Assembly (NCBI GenBank): GCA_019661865.1
Contig: JAIFWJ010000002.1
Coordinates: 52,898 to 116,897 of the forward strand
Direction of reading: 5' to 3'
Source: Candidatus Parcubacteria bacterium
Lineage (GTDB): Bacteria > Patescibacteriota > Minisyncoccia > Phycocordibacterales > Zambryskibacteraceae
DNA: 64,000 nucleotides
The position numbers were made by a program, and so were the translations under genes. This document shows, piece by piece, positions 46,921 to 56,910 of this stretch. A model generated the notes under the pieces. That model had not been told where the DNA came from. It saw only the letters and a program-made list of their open reading frames with translations, and did no database searches. Each line of letters begins with the position of its first letter. The first letter of the stretch is position 1.

Positions 46921-48357
46921 ATGAAAAAGAGTTTCTACCTTACAACGACATTGCCGTATGTTAATGCCGACCCGCATATCGGTTTCGCCTGGGAACTTGT
47001 TCAGGCAGATATCTTGGCAAGATGGAAGATTAAAGAAGGTCTAGAAGTATTTTTCAATACTGGTACAGACGAGCACGGCACGAAGATATATAGAAAGGCT
47101 ATCGAAGAAGGAAAGGATCCACAGAAGTATGTAGATGAATACGCAGAAAAGTTTAAGAGTTTGAAGAAGAAGCTTGGTCTTCATGAGAGTCTCCAGTTTG
47201 TGCGTACTACCGAGGAGAGACATGTTAGGGCTGCACAAGAACTCTGGCGTCTATGCATGGAGAAAGGAGATATATATAAAAAAAAGTACAAAGGTCTTTA
47301 CTGCATTGGAGACGAGGCCTTTATAAAAGAGATCGATTTGGTAAACGGCAGATGTCCCAATCATCCTAATCTAGAGCTCCAAGAGATAGAAGAAGAGAAT
47401 TATTTTTTCAAACTAAGTAATTATAAAGATAAACTTCGCGAATATCTCAGTAAGGATAGTGTAGTTCCAGACTGGAGAAGAGATGAGGCTCTGTCTATGA
47501 CAGAGAATATGGAGGACTTCAGCATCTCTCGTGAGAAAACCAGGCTCACATGGGGAGTACCAGTTCCAGGAGACGAGACTCAAGTGATGTACGTGTGGTT
47601 CGATGCTCTCACAAGTTATATCTCCACTTTGGGCTGGCCTGGAGGAGAGAACTTTAAGAAGTTCTGGGAAGAAGGTCAGACGCTCCAGATTGCGGGCAAG
47701 GACCAGGTGAAATTTCAGTCTGTCATATGGCAAGCCATGCTTATGTCGGGGGGAGTTAAGAATACCGATAAGGTCTTCTACCATGGGTTTATTAACTCGG
47801 GTGGTCAGAAGATGTCTAAGAGTTTGGGTAATGTTTTGAACCCCGATGACCTAATAAAGAAATATGGATTAGAGGCCACAAGGTACTTACTGCTTAGACA
47901 TGTGCATCCATTTGAAGATACCGACGTGACTTGGGAGAAGCTAGATGAGTGGTACACAGCAGATCTAGTGAATGGTATAGGAAACCTTGTTTCCAGAGTG
48001 ATGAAGATGGCTGAAGATAACCTGGGGAATGCAGTCGAGGTTAACTCTGAAGTTAATAAGAATGGTAAATTAATAACCGAAATAAACGAGAAGCTCAGTG
48101 AATTCAGGTTCCAAGACGCTTTGGGCATAATACTTGCAAAAGTCGGTGCTCTGGATCTCGAAATCCAAAACACTCAGCCATTTAAATTAATTAAATCTGA
48201 TCCAGAAGGAGCTAAAAATATAATAACTAACCTTGTCACAGAATTGTCAGGCATTGCCTTAGAACTTGAGATATTTATGCCAGAAACTTCTAAGAAAATA
48301 CTTATAGCCATAGGAGCAAACAAAAAACCCGATAATCTCTTTCCCAGGCTTGACTAA
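46921..48357 (+). CDS. metG: methionine--tRNA ligase
   Basis: HIGH region (LPYVNADPHIGFA), KMSKS (QKMSKSLGNV) and a Cys knuckle (CPNHP). Confidence 0.85.
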   Translation: MKKSFYLTTTLPYVNADPHIGFAWELVQADILARWKIKEGLEVFFNTGTDEHGTKIYRKAIEEGKDPQKYVDEYAEKFKSLKKKLGLHESLQFVRTTEERHVRAAQELWRLCMEKGDIYKKKYKGLYCIGDEAFIKEIDLVNGRCPNHPNLELQEIEEENYFFKLSNYKDKLREYLSKDSVVPDWRRDEALSMTENMEDFSISREKTRLTWGVPVPGDETQVMYVWFDALTSYISTLGWPGGENFKKFWEEGQTLQIAGKDQVKFQSVIWQAMLMSGGVKNTDKVFYHGFINSGGQKMSKSLGNVLNPDDLIKKYGLEATRYLLLRHVHPFEDTDVTWEKLDEWYTADLVNGIGNLVSRVMKMAEDNLGNAVEVNSEVNKNGKLITEINEKLSEFRFQDALGIILAKVGALDLEIQNTQPFKLIKSDPEGAKNIITNLVTELSGIALELEIFMPETSKKILIAIGANKKPDNLFPRLD

Positions 48358-49130
48358 TGAGATATATAGACATACATTCACACCTAAACTTCCCAGGTAA
48401 ATACGAAGATGATTGGGAAGAGGTTATAGAAAGGCTCAGAGAAACTGAGACGAGTACTATTGTAGTAGGTACTGATCTTCTGACATCTAAGAAAGCGGTT
48501 GAAATTGCCGAAAAATACGAAAATATATATGCATGTATAGGAGTGCATCCTGTTGATGATCCGAATAAAACTTTTAATGAGAAAGAATTTGAAGATATTT
48601 TGGGCCCTAAGGTAGTGGCAGTGGGAGAGTGTGGGTTGGATTTCTTTCATGTGGATAAAGAAAAAGACTTTAACAGGCAAAAGAAATTATTCCTAGATCA
48701 AATATATTTTGCTCTGAATCATGACAGACCTCTCATGATCCACTCGCGTGATGCATACTTAGACCTTTTAGAAATCCTTGAGCCTCTTAAGGTAGAACAT
48801 GGTGATAAGCTTCGAGGAGATATACATTTCTACGCTGGAGATCTAGAAACTGCTAAAAGATTTTGGAATATTGGATTTACCACGTCATTTACTGGAGTTA
48901 TCACCTTCACGAGAGATTATGATGAAATCATAAAAAATGCTCCGATTGAGATGATTCAAGCAGAAACTGATGCGCCGTTTGTTTCCCCGCTGCCATATCG
49001 TGGTAAGCGTAACGAACCCAGTTATGTGGTGGAAGTGGTGAAAAAGATCGCCGAGATCAGAGGAGAGGATTTAGAAATGGTCGAAAAAGCCTTAATTTCC
49101 AATGCAAAACGACTATTCAGTCTGGTTTGA
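48357..49130 (+). CDS. tatD: TatD-family metal-dependent DNase/hydrolase
   Basis: Begins MRYIDIHSHLNF; an ECGLDF motif follows. It overlaps the metG stop by 1 nt. Confidence 0.85.
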   Translation: MRYIDIHSHLNFPGKYEDDWEEVIERLRETETSTIVVGTDLLTSKKAVEIAEKYENIYACIGVHPVDDPNKTFNEKEFEDILGPKVVAVGECGLDFFHVDKEKDFNRQKKLFLDQIYFALNHDRPLMIHSRDAYLDLLEILEPLKVEHGDKLRGDIHFYAGDLETAKRFWNIGFTTSFTGVITFTRDYDEIIKNAPIEMIQAETDAPFVSPLPYRGKRNEPSYVVEVVKKIAEIRGEDLEMVEKALISNAKRLFSLV

Positions 49131-49153
49131 ATATTAAAGAGGTTTAAGAGATA

Positions 49154-50149
49154 ATGCAGCAAATGAATTTAGGTAAAACTATTGGAAGGCTTGTTTTAAT
49201 CCTTGTAATCGGATTTGGGTTGGGGTGGTTTATCAAGGATAAAACTGCTTCTCCTGCTTCTTCACAACTCATAAGAGAAGTTAGGGTTAATCCTGCTTCA
49301 GTAAACCTGGTTAATCCGCTTCTATATATAAGAACCACAGAGGATACAACCTCAGAGTATAAGTCACTTAAAAAAACTATTAATGATTATGTGAACTCAT
49401 CTATCAAGACAGGCAAGGCTAGTGGTATATCGGTATATGTAAGAGAGATGGATACTGGTATGTGGACGGGAGTTAACGAAAGTACCCTTTATGAGCCATC
49501 GAGTATGCTTAAGGTGTTGGTAATGATGTCATATCTTAAAGCAGCAGAAGAGAATCCAGACTTATTTAATAAGACTCTCTATTACAGTGGTAAAGAAGAT
49601 CCAGGACAATTCTATAAACCCACCACTAAACTCGCTCCTGGACATTATTCTATTCCCGATCTCATAAAGAGAACTATTATAGAGTCTGATAATGAAGCTG
49701 TAAGTCTCTTAACAGATTATAACCCCCAAGTATTTACAGACACCTATAAAACCTTAGAGCTACCACCTGCTCCTACGGCTGGCCAACCCATAGTGGACTT
49801 CATGTCACCCAGAGCGTATTCAGTACTTTTTCGAACTCTTTATAATGCTACTTATCTTTCGGCCAGGCTTTCTGAGCAGGCGCTTGAGCTCATGACAGAG
49901 ACAACATTTAAAAGCGGTTTGGAGGCTGGGGTACCGGCAAGGGTTGTAGTGGCTCATAAATTCGGAGAACATACTGACATCACTGAAGATGGAAAAATAA
50001 TCACACGAGAGTTACATGATTGTGGAATAGTGTATAAACAGGACAGTCCCTATTTTCTGTGTGTGATGACTAAAGGTAATGATTTTAAGAATCTAGAGGG
50101 AATCATTTCTGACATCTCTAAGATGGTATACGCCGAGGCTCTAAACTAG
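49154..50149 (+). CDS. class A beta-lactamase-like serine hydrolase (secreted)
   Basis: Signal anchor, S-x-x-K (SSMLKV), SDN (ESDNEA) and a KTG-like HKFG. Confidence 0.55.
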   Translation: MQQMNLGKTIGRLVLILVIGFGLGWFIKDKTASPASSQLIREVRVNPASVNLVNPLLYIRTTEDTTSEYKSLKKTINDYVNSSIKTGKASGISVYVREMDTGMWTGVNESTLYEPSSMLKVLVMMSYLKAAEENPDLFNKTLYYSGKEDPGQFYKPTTKLAPGHYSIPDLIKRTIIESDNEAVSLLTDYNPQVFTDTYKTLELPPAPTAGQPIVDFMSPRAYSVLFRTLYNATYLSARLSEQALELMTETTFKSGLEAGVPARVVVAHKFGEHTDITEDGKIITRELHDCGIVYKQDSPYFLCVMTKGNDFKNLEGIISDISKMVYAEALN

Positions 50150-50246
50150 CCTTGCTCTCAGGACTCATTCCTGGTAGGGTAGTGAAGCTCCTTCTGTACG
50201 CTCCCACGGGAGTGCCTGGAGTAATTACGAGATAACACAAAAGTCC

Positions 50247-50705
50247 ATGTCCACTACAGAAGATCACAAGGCAGAAGTCTATGAGCTCGGATATCTGGTA
50301 TTACCTAGTATCCCTGAAGACTCTCTTCCAAATGTGGTCTCAAATATTAAATCTGTTTTGAAGAAAGCGGGTGTGAATGAAATCGCCGGAGAAGATCCGA
50401 TGCATATTGATCTTGCATATACTATGTCAAAGACTGTGGGTGCACGTAAGTATGTTGCCAATGATGCATATTTAGGTTGGGTAAAATTCGATACAACTCC
50501 TGATAAAATTTCTTCGGTTAAGGATTCAGTTGAAAAGATTGAAGAGATTTTAAGATTCCTCATAATCAAGACTCCTCGAGAGACTTCATTCACTTTCGCT
50601 GAAGCTCATAAGAGAGAGGTAGAAAGAGAGGCTAAACTTGAAGAGGCTGAGGCTCAGCTTGAGGCAGGGGAAGTCAAGGAGGTAACCGAGGCTGTGGTAG
50701 AATAA
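50247..50705 (+). CDS. rpsF: 30S ribosomal protein S6
   Basis: N-terminal S6 fold (YELGYLVLP) with an acidic C-terminal extension. It leads the rpsF-ssb-rpsR block. Confidence 0.8.
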   Translation: MSTTEDHKAEVYELGYLVLPSIPEDSLPNVVSNIKSVLKKAGVNEIAGEDPMHIDLAYTMSKTVGARKYVANDAYLGWVKFDTTPDKISSVKDSVEKIEEILRFLIIKTPRETSFTFAEAHKREVEREAKLEEAEAQLEAGEVKEVTEAVVE

Positions 50706-50709
50706 AAAT

Positions 50710-51156
50710 ATGTATCTCAACAAGGCCATTATCTTCGGTAACCTGACTCGCGATCCAGAGATGCGCTCTCTTCCTTCTGGTATCCAAGTCTGCTCATTCT
50801 CTGTTGCTACGAATCGTGTTTGGAAGGACAAAAATGGCGCCAAACAGGAGTCAGCCGACTACCACAACATCGTCGTCTTCGGCCGTCAGGCAGAAACTGC
50901 CTCTCAATACCTACGTAAAGGATCAGGAGTTCTGGTGGAAGGCAGGCTTCAGACTAGAAGCTGGGATGGCCCTGATGGTAAGAAGAACTATCGTACTGAG
51001 ATCGTGGCAGATCGTATCCAGTTCGGACCGAGAAGTGCCAATGGTGGGTCTGCGCCTAGTCCAGCGAAGGTTAAAGAAGATAAGCAGGATGCGCCCCCGA
51101 TAGATACCATTGAGTATCCAGAAGAAACAGTTAACCTAGACGATATTCCATTCTAA
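50710..51156 (+). CDS. ssb: single-stranded DNA-binding protein
   Basis: OB fold (AIIFGNLTRDPEMR) and a C-terminal DDIPF tail. Confidence 0.9.
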   Translation: MYLNKAIIFGNLTRDPEMRSLPSGIQVCSFSVATNRVWKDKNGAKQESADYHNIVVFGRQAETASQYLRKGSGVLVEGRLQTRSWDGPDGKKNYRTEIVADRIQFGPRSANGGSAPSPAKVKEDKQDAPPIDTIEYPEETVNLDDIPF

Positions 51157-51194
51157 TTCGACAATCTACAAACTAAATTATTAAAATTGTTAAA

Positions 51195-51398
51195 ATGAAA
51201 AAACAAGATTACTTCAAAGAAAATAAAATAGGATACATAGACTACAAAGATGTTGAGACCTTAAGAAAGTTTCTCACTCCTCATGCTCGTATCCAGGCAG
51301 GAAAGAGGAGTGGCACTGATGCTAAGAACCAGCGCATGCTTTCACAAGCAGTGAAGCGAGCTCGCTTTATGGGATTACTCCCTTACGTTTCTAGATAA
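51195..51398 (+). CDS. rpsR: 30S ribosomal protein S18
   Basis: 67 aa with YIDYKDVETLRKFLT. Confidence 0.85.
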   Translation: MKKQDYFKENKIGYIDYKDVETLRKFLTPHARIQAGKRSGTDAKNQRMLSQAVKRARFMGLLPYVSR

Positions 51399-51405
51399 TC
51401 AATTT

Positions 51406-51987
51406 TTAATTCGTGACTCGGTCAGTGTAGTCTCCTGTTTCGGTATTTACTCTTACTACATCTCCTTCCTTCACGAACATTGGCACTTGTATTTCTGCTC
51501 CCGTTTCAAGCACGACTGCTTTGGTACCGCCTTGAGCTGTATTGCCTTTAACTGCTGGGTGAGCCTCCACGACCTTGAGATCCATCTTTATCGGAAGCTT
51601 GAGACCAATGATCTTACCCTCGTCACTTCCGTCATCATAGATTAACGCTTCGACAACTGTGTTCTGCTTTAGGAATTTACTTCCTGAACCTATAAGAGAT
51701 TCGGGAAGAGTGAAGCGTTTGGACGGATCATTAGCGGCACAGAACCAGAACTCACCTTTGTTTGTGTATAGATACTTGACCTCTCTTTTAGATATATCAG
51801 CTTCTTCTGCTTTGTCAGATACATGAAAAGAGTGTTCTACGATGCGGCCGCTAAGGAGGTTTCGGAGTTTGGTAGCGTTGACGGGCTTCCTTTGCTGTTT
51901 ACGGAAGACGTGAGAATCTATGACTTCATAAGGATCGTTCTCGAAGACGATATACTTACGCTCTGTGATTTCATTGTATTCAAGCAT
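51406..51987 (-). CDS. efp: elongation factor P
   Basis: KOW-like N-terminus and two OB domains. The start is chosen at MLEYNEI by alignment to the EF-P N-terminus. Confidence 0.8.
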   Translation of the reverse strand: MLEYNEITERKYIVFENDPYEVIDSHVFRKQQRKPVNATKLRNLLSGRIVEHSFHVSDKAEEADISKREVKYLYTNKGEFWFCAANDPSKRFTLPESLIGSGSKFLKQNTVVEALIYDDGSDEGKIIGLKLPIKMDLKVVEAHPAVKGNTAQGGTKAVVLETGAEIQVPMFVKEGDVVRVNTETGDYTDRVTN

Positions 51988-52139
51988 GTCGGGATATTCT
52001 AGCCGAGAATGGGGAATTGTCCAGTTTGACAACCTTATGTTGAAGAGTAGTCTGAGTCCAGACCCTTCCGGGAGATCGAGATGAATATCGTTCCAGTTTC
52101 CTCCGACTTATGACTTACTTGCACGCAATGGGTGCTTTT

Positions 52140-53186
52140 TTATTCCTTTAGCTTCTTGCGAATGTCGCGGAGAATTTGGTCAGAGATTTTCTTGTTCTCA
52201 TGGAGGAATTGTCGAGTGGCATCATAACCACGACCGAGCTTCACTTCTTCTCCACCTTCTGGTGTGTACGAGTATGAATTACCGGACTTTTCCATTATTC
52301 CCATTTTTTCTCCGAGAGCGATGAGCTCACCTTCGCGTGAGATACCCTCGTTATACATAAGATCGAACTCGGTTTGTTTAAACGGAGGAGCTACCTTGTT
52401 CTTCACTACTTTCACTCTGATGCGACCACCCATCACTTCTTCTCCCTTCTTTATCTGAGCTATACGACGAATGTCGAGGCGCACTGAGGTATAGAACTTA
52501 AGGGCTTTTCCTCCTGGAGTAGTCTCTGGATTTCCGAACATCACACCAATCTGCATACGGATCTGGTTTATAAATATCACCACCGTTTTCGACTTGGCTA
52601 CTATTGCCGTAAGCTTCCTAAGAGCCTGGCTCATAAGACGTGCTTGCTTACCCACGTGGTGTGCACCCATTTCACCCTCAATCTCATCCCTTGGAGTGAG
52701 GGCAGCCACAGAGTCTATAACGATGACATCCATCTTGCCCGAGCGCACTAATGACTCCACGATTTCGAGAGCCTGCTCACCTGTATCTGGTTGAGAGATG
52801 AGAAGATCATTTATCTTTACTCCAAGTCGGCCTGCATAATCAGGATCCATAGCATGCTCGGCGTCGATGTATGCGCAGAGCCCGCCCATTTTCTGTGCTT
52901 CTGCTACTACATGAAGAGCTAGGGTAGTCTTACCAGACGACTCTGGTCCGAAGATTTCTATTATCCTGCCACGAGGGAGACCACCAACACCGAGAGCAGC
53001 ATCGAGTCCAATAGAGCCAGTGGGAATAGCATCTACTCCTACTTTTGGCTTATCACCAAGCTTCATGATGGCTTCTTCACCGAACTTGGTTTTTATCGCG
53101 TCTATAGCTGCATCAATGTTCTTATTTGAACCATTGTCGGTAGAATCCTCACTCCTTGGAGTATTTTTTGTTTTAGTTTTTGCCAT
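52140..53186 (-). CDS. recA: recombinase RecA
   Basis: Walker [10 protein letters not shown], with the L1 and L2 loop regions conserved. Confidence 0.9.
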   Translation of the reverse strand: MAKTKTKNTPRSEDSTDNGSNKNIDAAIDAIKTKFGEEAIMKLGDKPKVGVDAIPTGSIGLDAALGVGGLPRGRIIEIFGPESSGKTTLALHVVAEAQKMGGLCAYIDAEHAMDPDYAGRLGVKINDLLISQPDTGEQALEIVESLVRSGKMDVIVIDSVAALTPRDEIEGEMGAHHVGKQARLMSQALRKLTAIVAKSKTVVIFINQIRMQIGVMFGNPETTPGGKALKFYTSVRLDIRRIAQIKKGEEVMGGRIRVKVVKNKVAPPFKQTEFDLMYNEGISREGELIALGEKMGIMEKSGNSYSYTPEGGEEVKLGRGYDATRQFLHENKKISDQILRDIRKKLKE

Positions 53187-53196
53187 GGGGTTATAT

Positions 53197-53640
53197 CTAA
53201 GTTCTGACGATGTGTATAATCTTTTCTGTCTCGCGGCCGAATCTGTCGCGGGCTTTAAACTTAATTATACTAGGCCCACCTGGGGCTATCAATTTTTCAC
53301 TGAAATAGCCACTTTGGTCTACAAATATGGGCCTGTCGTTTAAAGATATGAAGGTGGTATTTAAGGCTTGGCCTCTGATAGTAAGAAGAGGATCTGCCAC
53401 ATTTTCCCCATCTTTAGGGAAGGCTATCTGAAGCTGTGGACCTAGGATAAGAAACCGTGCCTGGAAGAGCCCATATATCGTAATAAGTACGAAGAAGACT
53501 GTGACGCCAGCTATCTTGGGAGAAAGTTCTATTCGCATGGGGTCATTATATAGGTTAAAACATATGTTAAATTTCTTCTTCCAATTCTCCGAATCCTTCA
53601 GAAACTTTAGAAGCGCCAATGACCTCTCTCGGTTTGGCAC
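53197..53640 (-). CDS. hypothetical membrane protein
   Basis: 147 aa with one transmembrane helix. It overlaps the ftsK 3' end; the true start may be the internal MRIELS. Confidence 0.35.
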   Translation of the reverse strand: MPNRERSLALLKFLKDSENWKKKFNICFNLYNDPMRIELSPKIAGVTVFFVLITIYGLFQARFLILGPQLQIAFPKDGENVADPLLTIRGQALNTTFISLNDRPIFVDQSGYFSEKLIAPGGPSIIKFKARDRFGRETEKIIHIVRT

Positions 53641-55732
53641 CAGAACCTGGCCCTATGATCCCACGTTCCTCAAGTATATCGATGAGTCTGGCAGCACGGG
53701 CATAACCGATGCGGAGCTTCCTCTGCAAGAATGATGTGGATGCTTTTCCTGCTTGTATGACAATCTCTCTGGCTTCTTCATACAGATCGTCATCATCTTC
53801 TGATGCAGAACTATCCAGAGAAGATGAGAAGATTGCATTAGAAGTATTTTCAGACGAGAAATTAATTTCTTCTGTTAACTCATCGGCATAAGTATCACTC
53901 AGATACTTGGCAACTTTTTTCACTTCTCCTTCCGATATAAATGCGGATTGGATTCTTTCTGGTTTTGCCATCTCACCACCAAGGAAGAGCATATCTCCAG
54001 CACCGAGGAGCTTCTCTGCACCAGAAGCATCGAGAATGGTGCGTGAGTCTATCTGAGATGCTACTTGGAGTGCTATGCGAGAAGGGACGTTGGCCTTTAT
54101 AAGACCAGTGATGATATTTACTGAAGGTCTTTGGGTTGAGAGTAGCAGATGTATACCGACTGCGCGACTCATTTGGGCAAGACGGACGATAGCTGACTCA
54201 AGCTCTCGAGGATATGCCTGCATCAGGTCAGCCAATTCATCGATGATGATAACAATGTAAGGCATTGAGTCTATTTCAGATTCTTCATCTTTTTTGTTGA
54301 GTGTAGGGAGAAGAATATTTTTATGGTACGAATCAATATCTCTTACAGAATTTTTCTCCAAGATGTCATAGCGTCTGTCCATTTCTTTGGATGCCCACTT
54401 CAGTGTAAGTATGGCCTTCTTAGCGTCGGTGATAACAGGAGTGAGAAGGTGGGGAATTTTGTTGTAGAGGGTGAGCTCGACTCGCTTGGGATCGATCATT
54501 ATAAATTTCAAATTCTCTGGAGGATTCCTGAAGAGGAGAGAGTTTATGATTGCGTGTATAGTGACAGACTTTCCTGAACCAGTTGCTCCTGCTACGAGGA
54601 GGTGAGGCATCCTTGCAACATTAGCGAACCTAGTTATCCCAGATACATCGCGACCCAGCGCGACGAGCAAGGGCTTGTCTGATGATGCGTACTCTTCTTC
54701 TTCAAGAAGGGATCCAAGACCAATGGTTGCCTTAGAAGTATTCGGCACTTCAATACCTACCAGAGACTTACCAGGGATCGGAGCTTCTATGCGTACTGGG
54801 TGAGCAGCTAAAGCGAGTTCAAGATTGTTCTGGAGTCCCAGGATCTTAGAGAGCTTCACTCCCTCAGCCGGCTTAAGTGCATAACGAGTAACAGACGGAC
54901 CAATTGATATCTCATCCATTTCAACCACAATGCCGAAGTTCTGAAGTGTGCGTTTAATGATGTTGGCATTGGCTTTGATATCTCCTACACCGGGTTTACC
55001 ACGATCCTTTTCGAGGAGAGAAAGTGGAGGTGGAGTCCAGGCTTTACCTAGCCGTCTAGACTGAACTGGGATGAAGCTATCTTCCTCACGAAGAGGCTTT
55101 CTGGACTTATCTTCGCGCCTTTGGGCTTCTGGTACCGATTCCGCTTTCTCCTCAGCCTTTTCTATGGCTCTAGCTTCGACAGGCAAGAGTTCTGGCTGTT
55201 TTTTATCTCGTCTAAGTAACTTCCACAAAACTCTCATCAGGCCGAGCTTCAGGCTTGTATCAAATATAAGAAGGACCGAAATGATTATTAGAGCAACTAC
55301 TATTATTACTGATAAATAGAAGTCGAAGAGTGAGTATAGGGGACCGGCGATTAATCCTCCAACTACACCACCCTTAGTATCTACCAGGAGACTTATAAGG
55401 CCGAGAGAAGAGATAAAGAATAAGACTGAGCCGAGGACTTGGGGTATGGCGAAATTTTTCTCATGAGCTCGAAAGAAGGATATGGCAAGCATTATAAAAA
55501 CTAAAGGCACTAGGTAGTAACCAATGCCAAACAAGTACTCAAGCGAACGGAAGGTAAAGCTACCCACCGGGCCACCCTTGCCGAAGGCGGCCAGAAGTAG
55601 AAAGAAAGTCAGTACCAAGGATAGTATTCCTAGGATGGCATTTATCGTCTCTTCAGAAAGTGTTTCAAACCAGGAAGTAGCTTCTTTCTTGGGCTTCTGT
55701 TTTTTGGCCATTATTATGCTAAATAATAACAC
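53567..55732 (-). CDS. ftsK: DNA translocase FtsK/SpoIIIE
   Basis: N-terminal transmembrane helices, a linker, Walker A AGATGSGKS and a C-terminal gamma-like domain. Confidence 0.85.
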   Translation of the reverse strand: MLLFSIIMAKKQKPKKEATSWFETLSEETINAILGILSLVLTFFLLLAAFGKGGPVGSFTFRSLEYLFGIGYYLVPLVFIMLAISFFRAHEKNFAIPQVLGSVLFFISSLGLISLLVDTKGGVVGGLIAGPLYSLFDFYLSVIIVVALIIISVLLIFDTSLKLGLMRVLWKLLRRDKKQPELLPVEARAIEKAEEKAESVPEAQRREDKSRKPLREEDSFIPVQSRRLGKAWTPPPLSLLEKDRGKPGVGDIKANANIIKRTLQNFGIVVEMDEISIGPSVTRYALKPAEGVKLSKILGLQNNLELALAAHPVRIEAPIPGKSLVGIEVPNTSKATIGLGSLLEEEEYASSDKPLLVALGRDVSGITRFANVARMPHLLVAGATGSGKSVTIHAIINSLLFRNPPENLKFIMIDPKRVELTLYNKIPHLLTPVITDAKKAILTLKWASKEMDRRYDILEKNSVRDIDSYHKNILLPTLNKKDEESEIDSMPYIVIIIDELADLMQAYPRELESAIVRLAQMSRAVGIHLLLSTQRPSVNIITGLIKANVPSRIALQVASQIDSRTILDASGAEKLLGAGDMLFLGGEMAKPERIQSAFISEGEVKKVAKYLSDTYADELTEEINFSSENTSNAIFSSSLDSSASEDDDDLYEEAREIVIQAGKASTSFLQRKLRIGYARAARLIDILEERGIIGPGSGAKPREVIGASKVSEGFGELEEEI

Positions 55733-55830
55733 GCTCTAAATACACACATTATTTCAAATGTTCTCTTGCAAGAAATGTCCCTAATGTCTTATACTGGTAA
55801 TGATTGCAATAAAGGACAAATTGTGGTGTA

Positions 55831-56691
55831 ATGGACATAATGATAACAGACATAGAAGAATTCAATAAAGGGACAAATTCCATGGAATCCCAAGAAAACG
55901 TTGAGCATAAAGGAGAAATTAAGACCTTGGATTTTTCCTTTATACACAAAAAGACAGAAAAACTTTCATCTGCTGTTTATATGCTCACTGGATTCTTTCG
56001 TGACGAGGAGCCAATGAAGTGGAAGCTTCGAACTCTAGCAGGGTTTCTTGTATCAAATTCTATTAGGCTTTCTGATGAGTCTTTTAGTAGCGAGAGGACC
56101 AAGAGAGAATTACAAACCAATATCATAGAAATACGTAGTTTGCTGAATATTTCTAGCTCATCGAACCTTATTTCTCCTATGAACTTCTCCATCGTAGATA
56201 AGGAGTTTCGGAGCCTGTTAACCGCTTTAGGACTTTCTGAGAATGTAGATGGCAAAGGAGTTTTGTCTTTTGAGAATAATTACTTTTTTGTCAAACCCAG
56301 TCTTCAAATCGAATCAAAAGCTCCTCTAAGAAATTTTGTCCCTGAGAAAACCATTGAACCAGTGAGCTCCAGAGAGGGGATTACCGAACTCCTTCCTCGT
56401 ATAAATACACATTCATTTCAAGGGCTCGATTCTAAAGATGCTAAAGAAGAAAGACAAAAAGAGCCCAAATTAAAGGAGTTTGGAGCCGTAGCTGTTAAGA
56501 AGAATGCCCGCCAGAGTGTAATTATTGGGCTCTTAAAGAGAAAGAAGGAAATTATGATAAAGGACGTCTCTCCTCTTATACAGGGTGTAAGCGAGAAGAC
56601 CATTCAGAGAGAGTTACTCAGCATGGTAGGGGACGGAATACTTAAAAAAGAGGGCGAAAAACGCTGGAGTAAATACTCTTTAGCTGACTAA
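55831..56691 (+). CDS. hypothetical protein with a C-terminal winged-helix-like region
   Basis: 286 aa. The C-terminus reads IMIKDVSPLIQGVSEKTIQRELLSMVGDGILKKEG. Confidence 0.4.
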   Translation: MDIMITDIEEFNKGTNSMESQENVEHKGEIKTLDFSFIHKKTEKLSSAVYMLTGFFRDEEPMKWKLRTLAGFLVSNSIRLSDESFSSERTKRELQTNIIEIRSLLNISSSSNLISPMNFSIVDKEFRSLLTALGLSENVDGKGVLSFENNYFFVKPSLQIESKAPLRNFVPEKTIEPVSSREGITELLPRINTHSFQGLDSKDAKEERQKEPKLKEFGAVAVKKNARQSVIIGLLKRKKEIMIKDVSPLIQGVSEKTIQRELLSMVGDGILKKEGEKRWSKYSLAD

Positions 56692-56910
56692 GCTTACGGT
56701 TGACTTTGAGCCTAAAATGCTTTAAACTCAATGTTATCCACAAGTTCTATAGGAACTTGAGAGGCACCTCGATATAATCAAGGGGTGCAGAATTATAAGC
56801 TTGCCGGCAAAGGCTTATCCGTTGCCGGCAATTAATACCCGCGGTTCTTCGGCTAAACAATTACAAGTAATGGTCGAGGTATACGCGCATTAGTTAGATA
56901 GAATTAACAA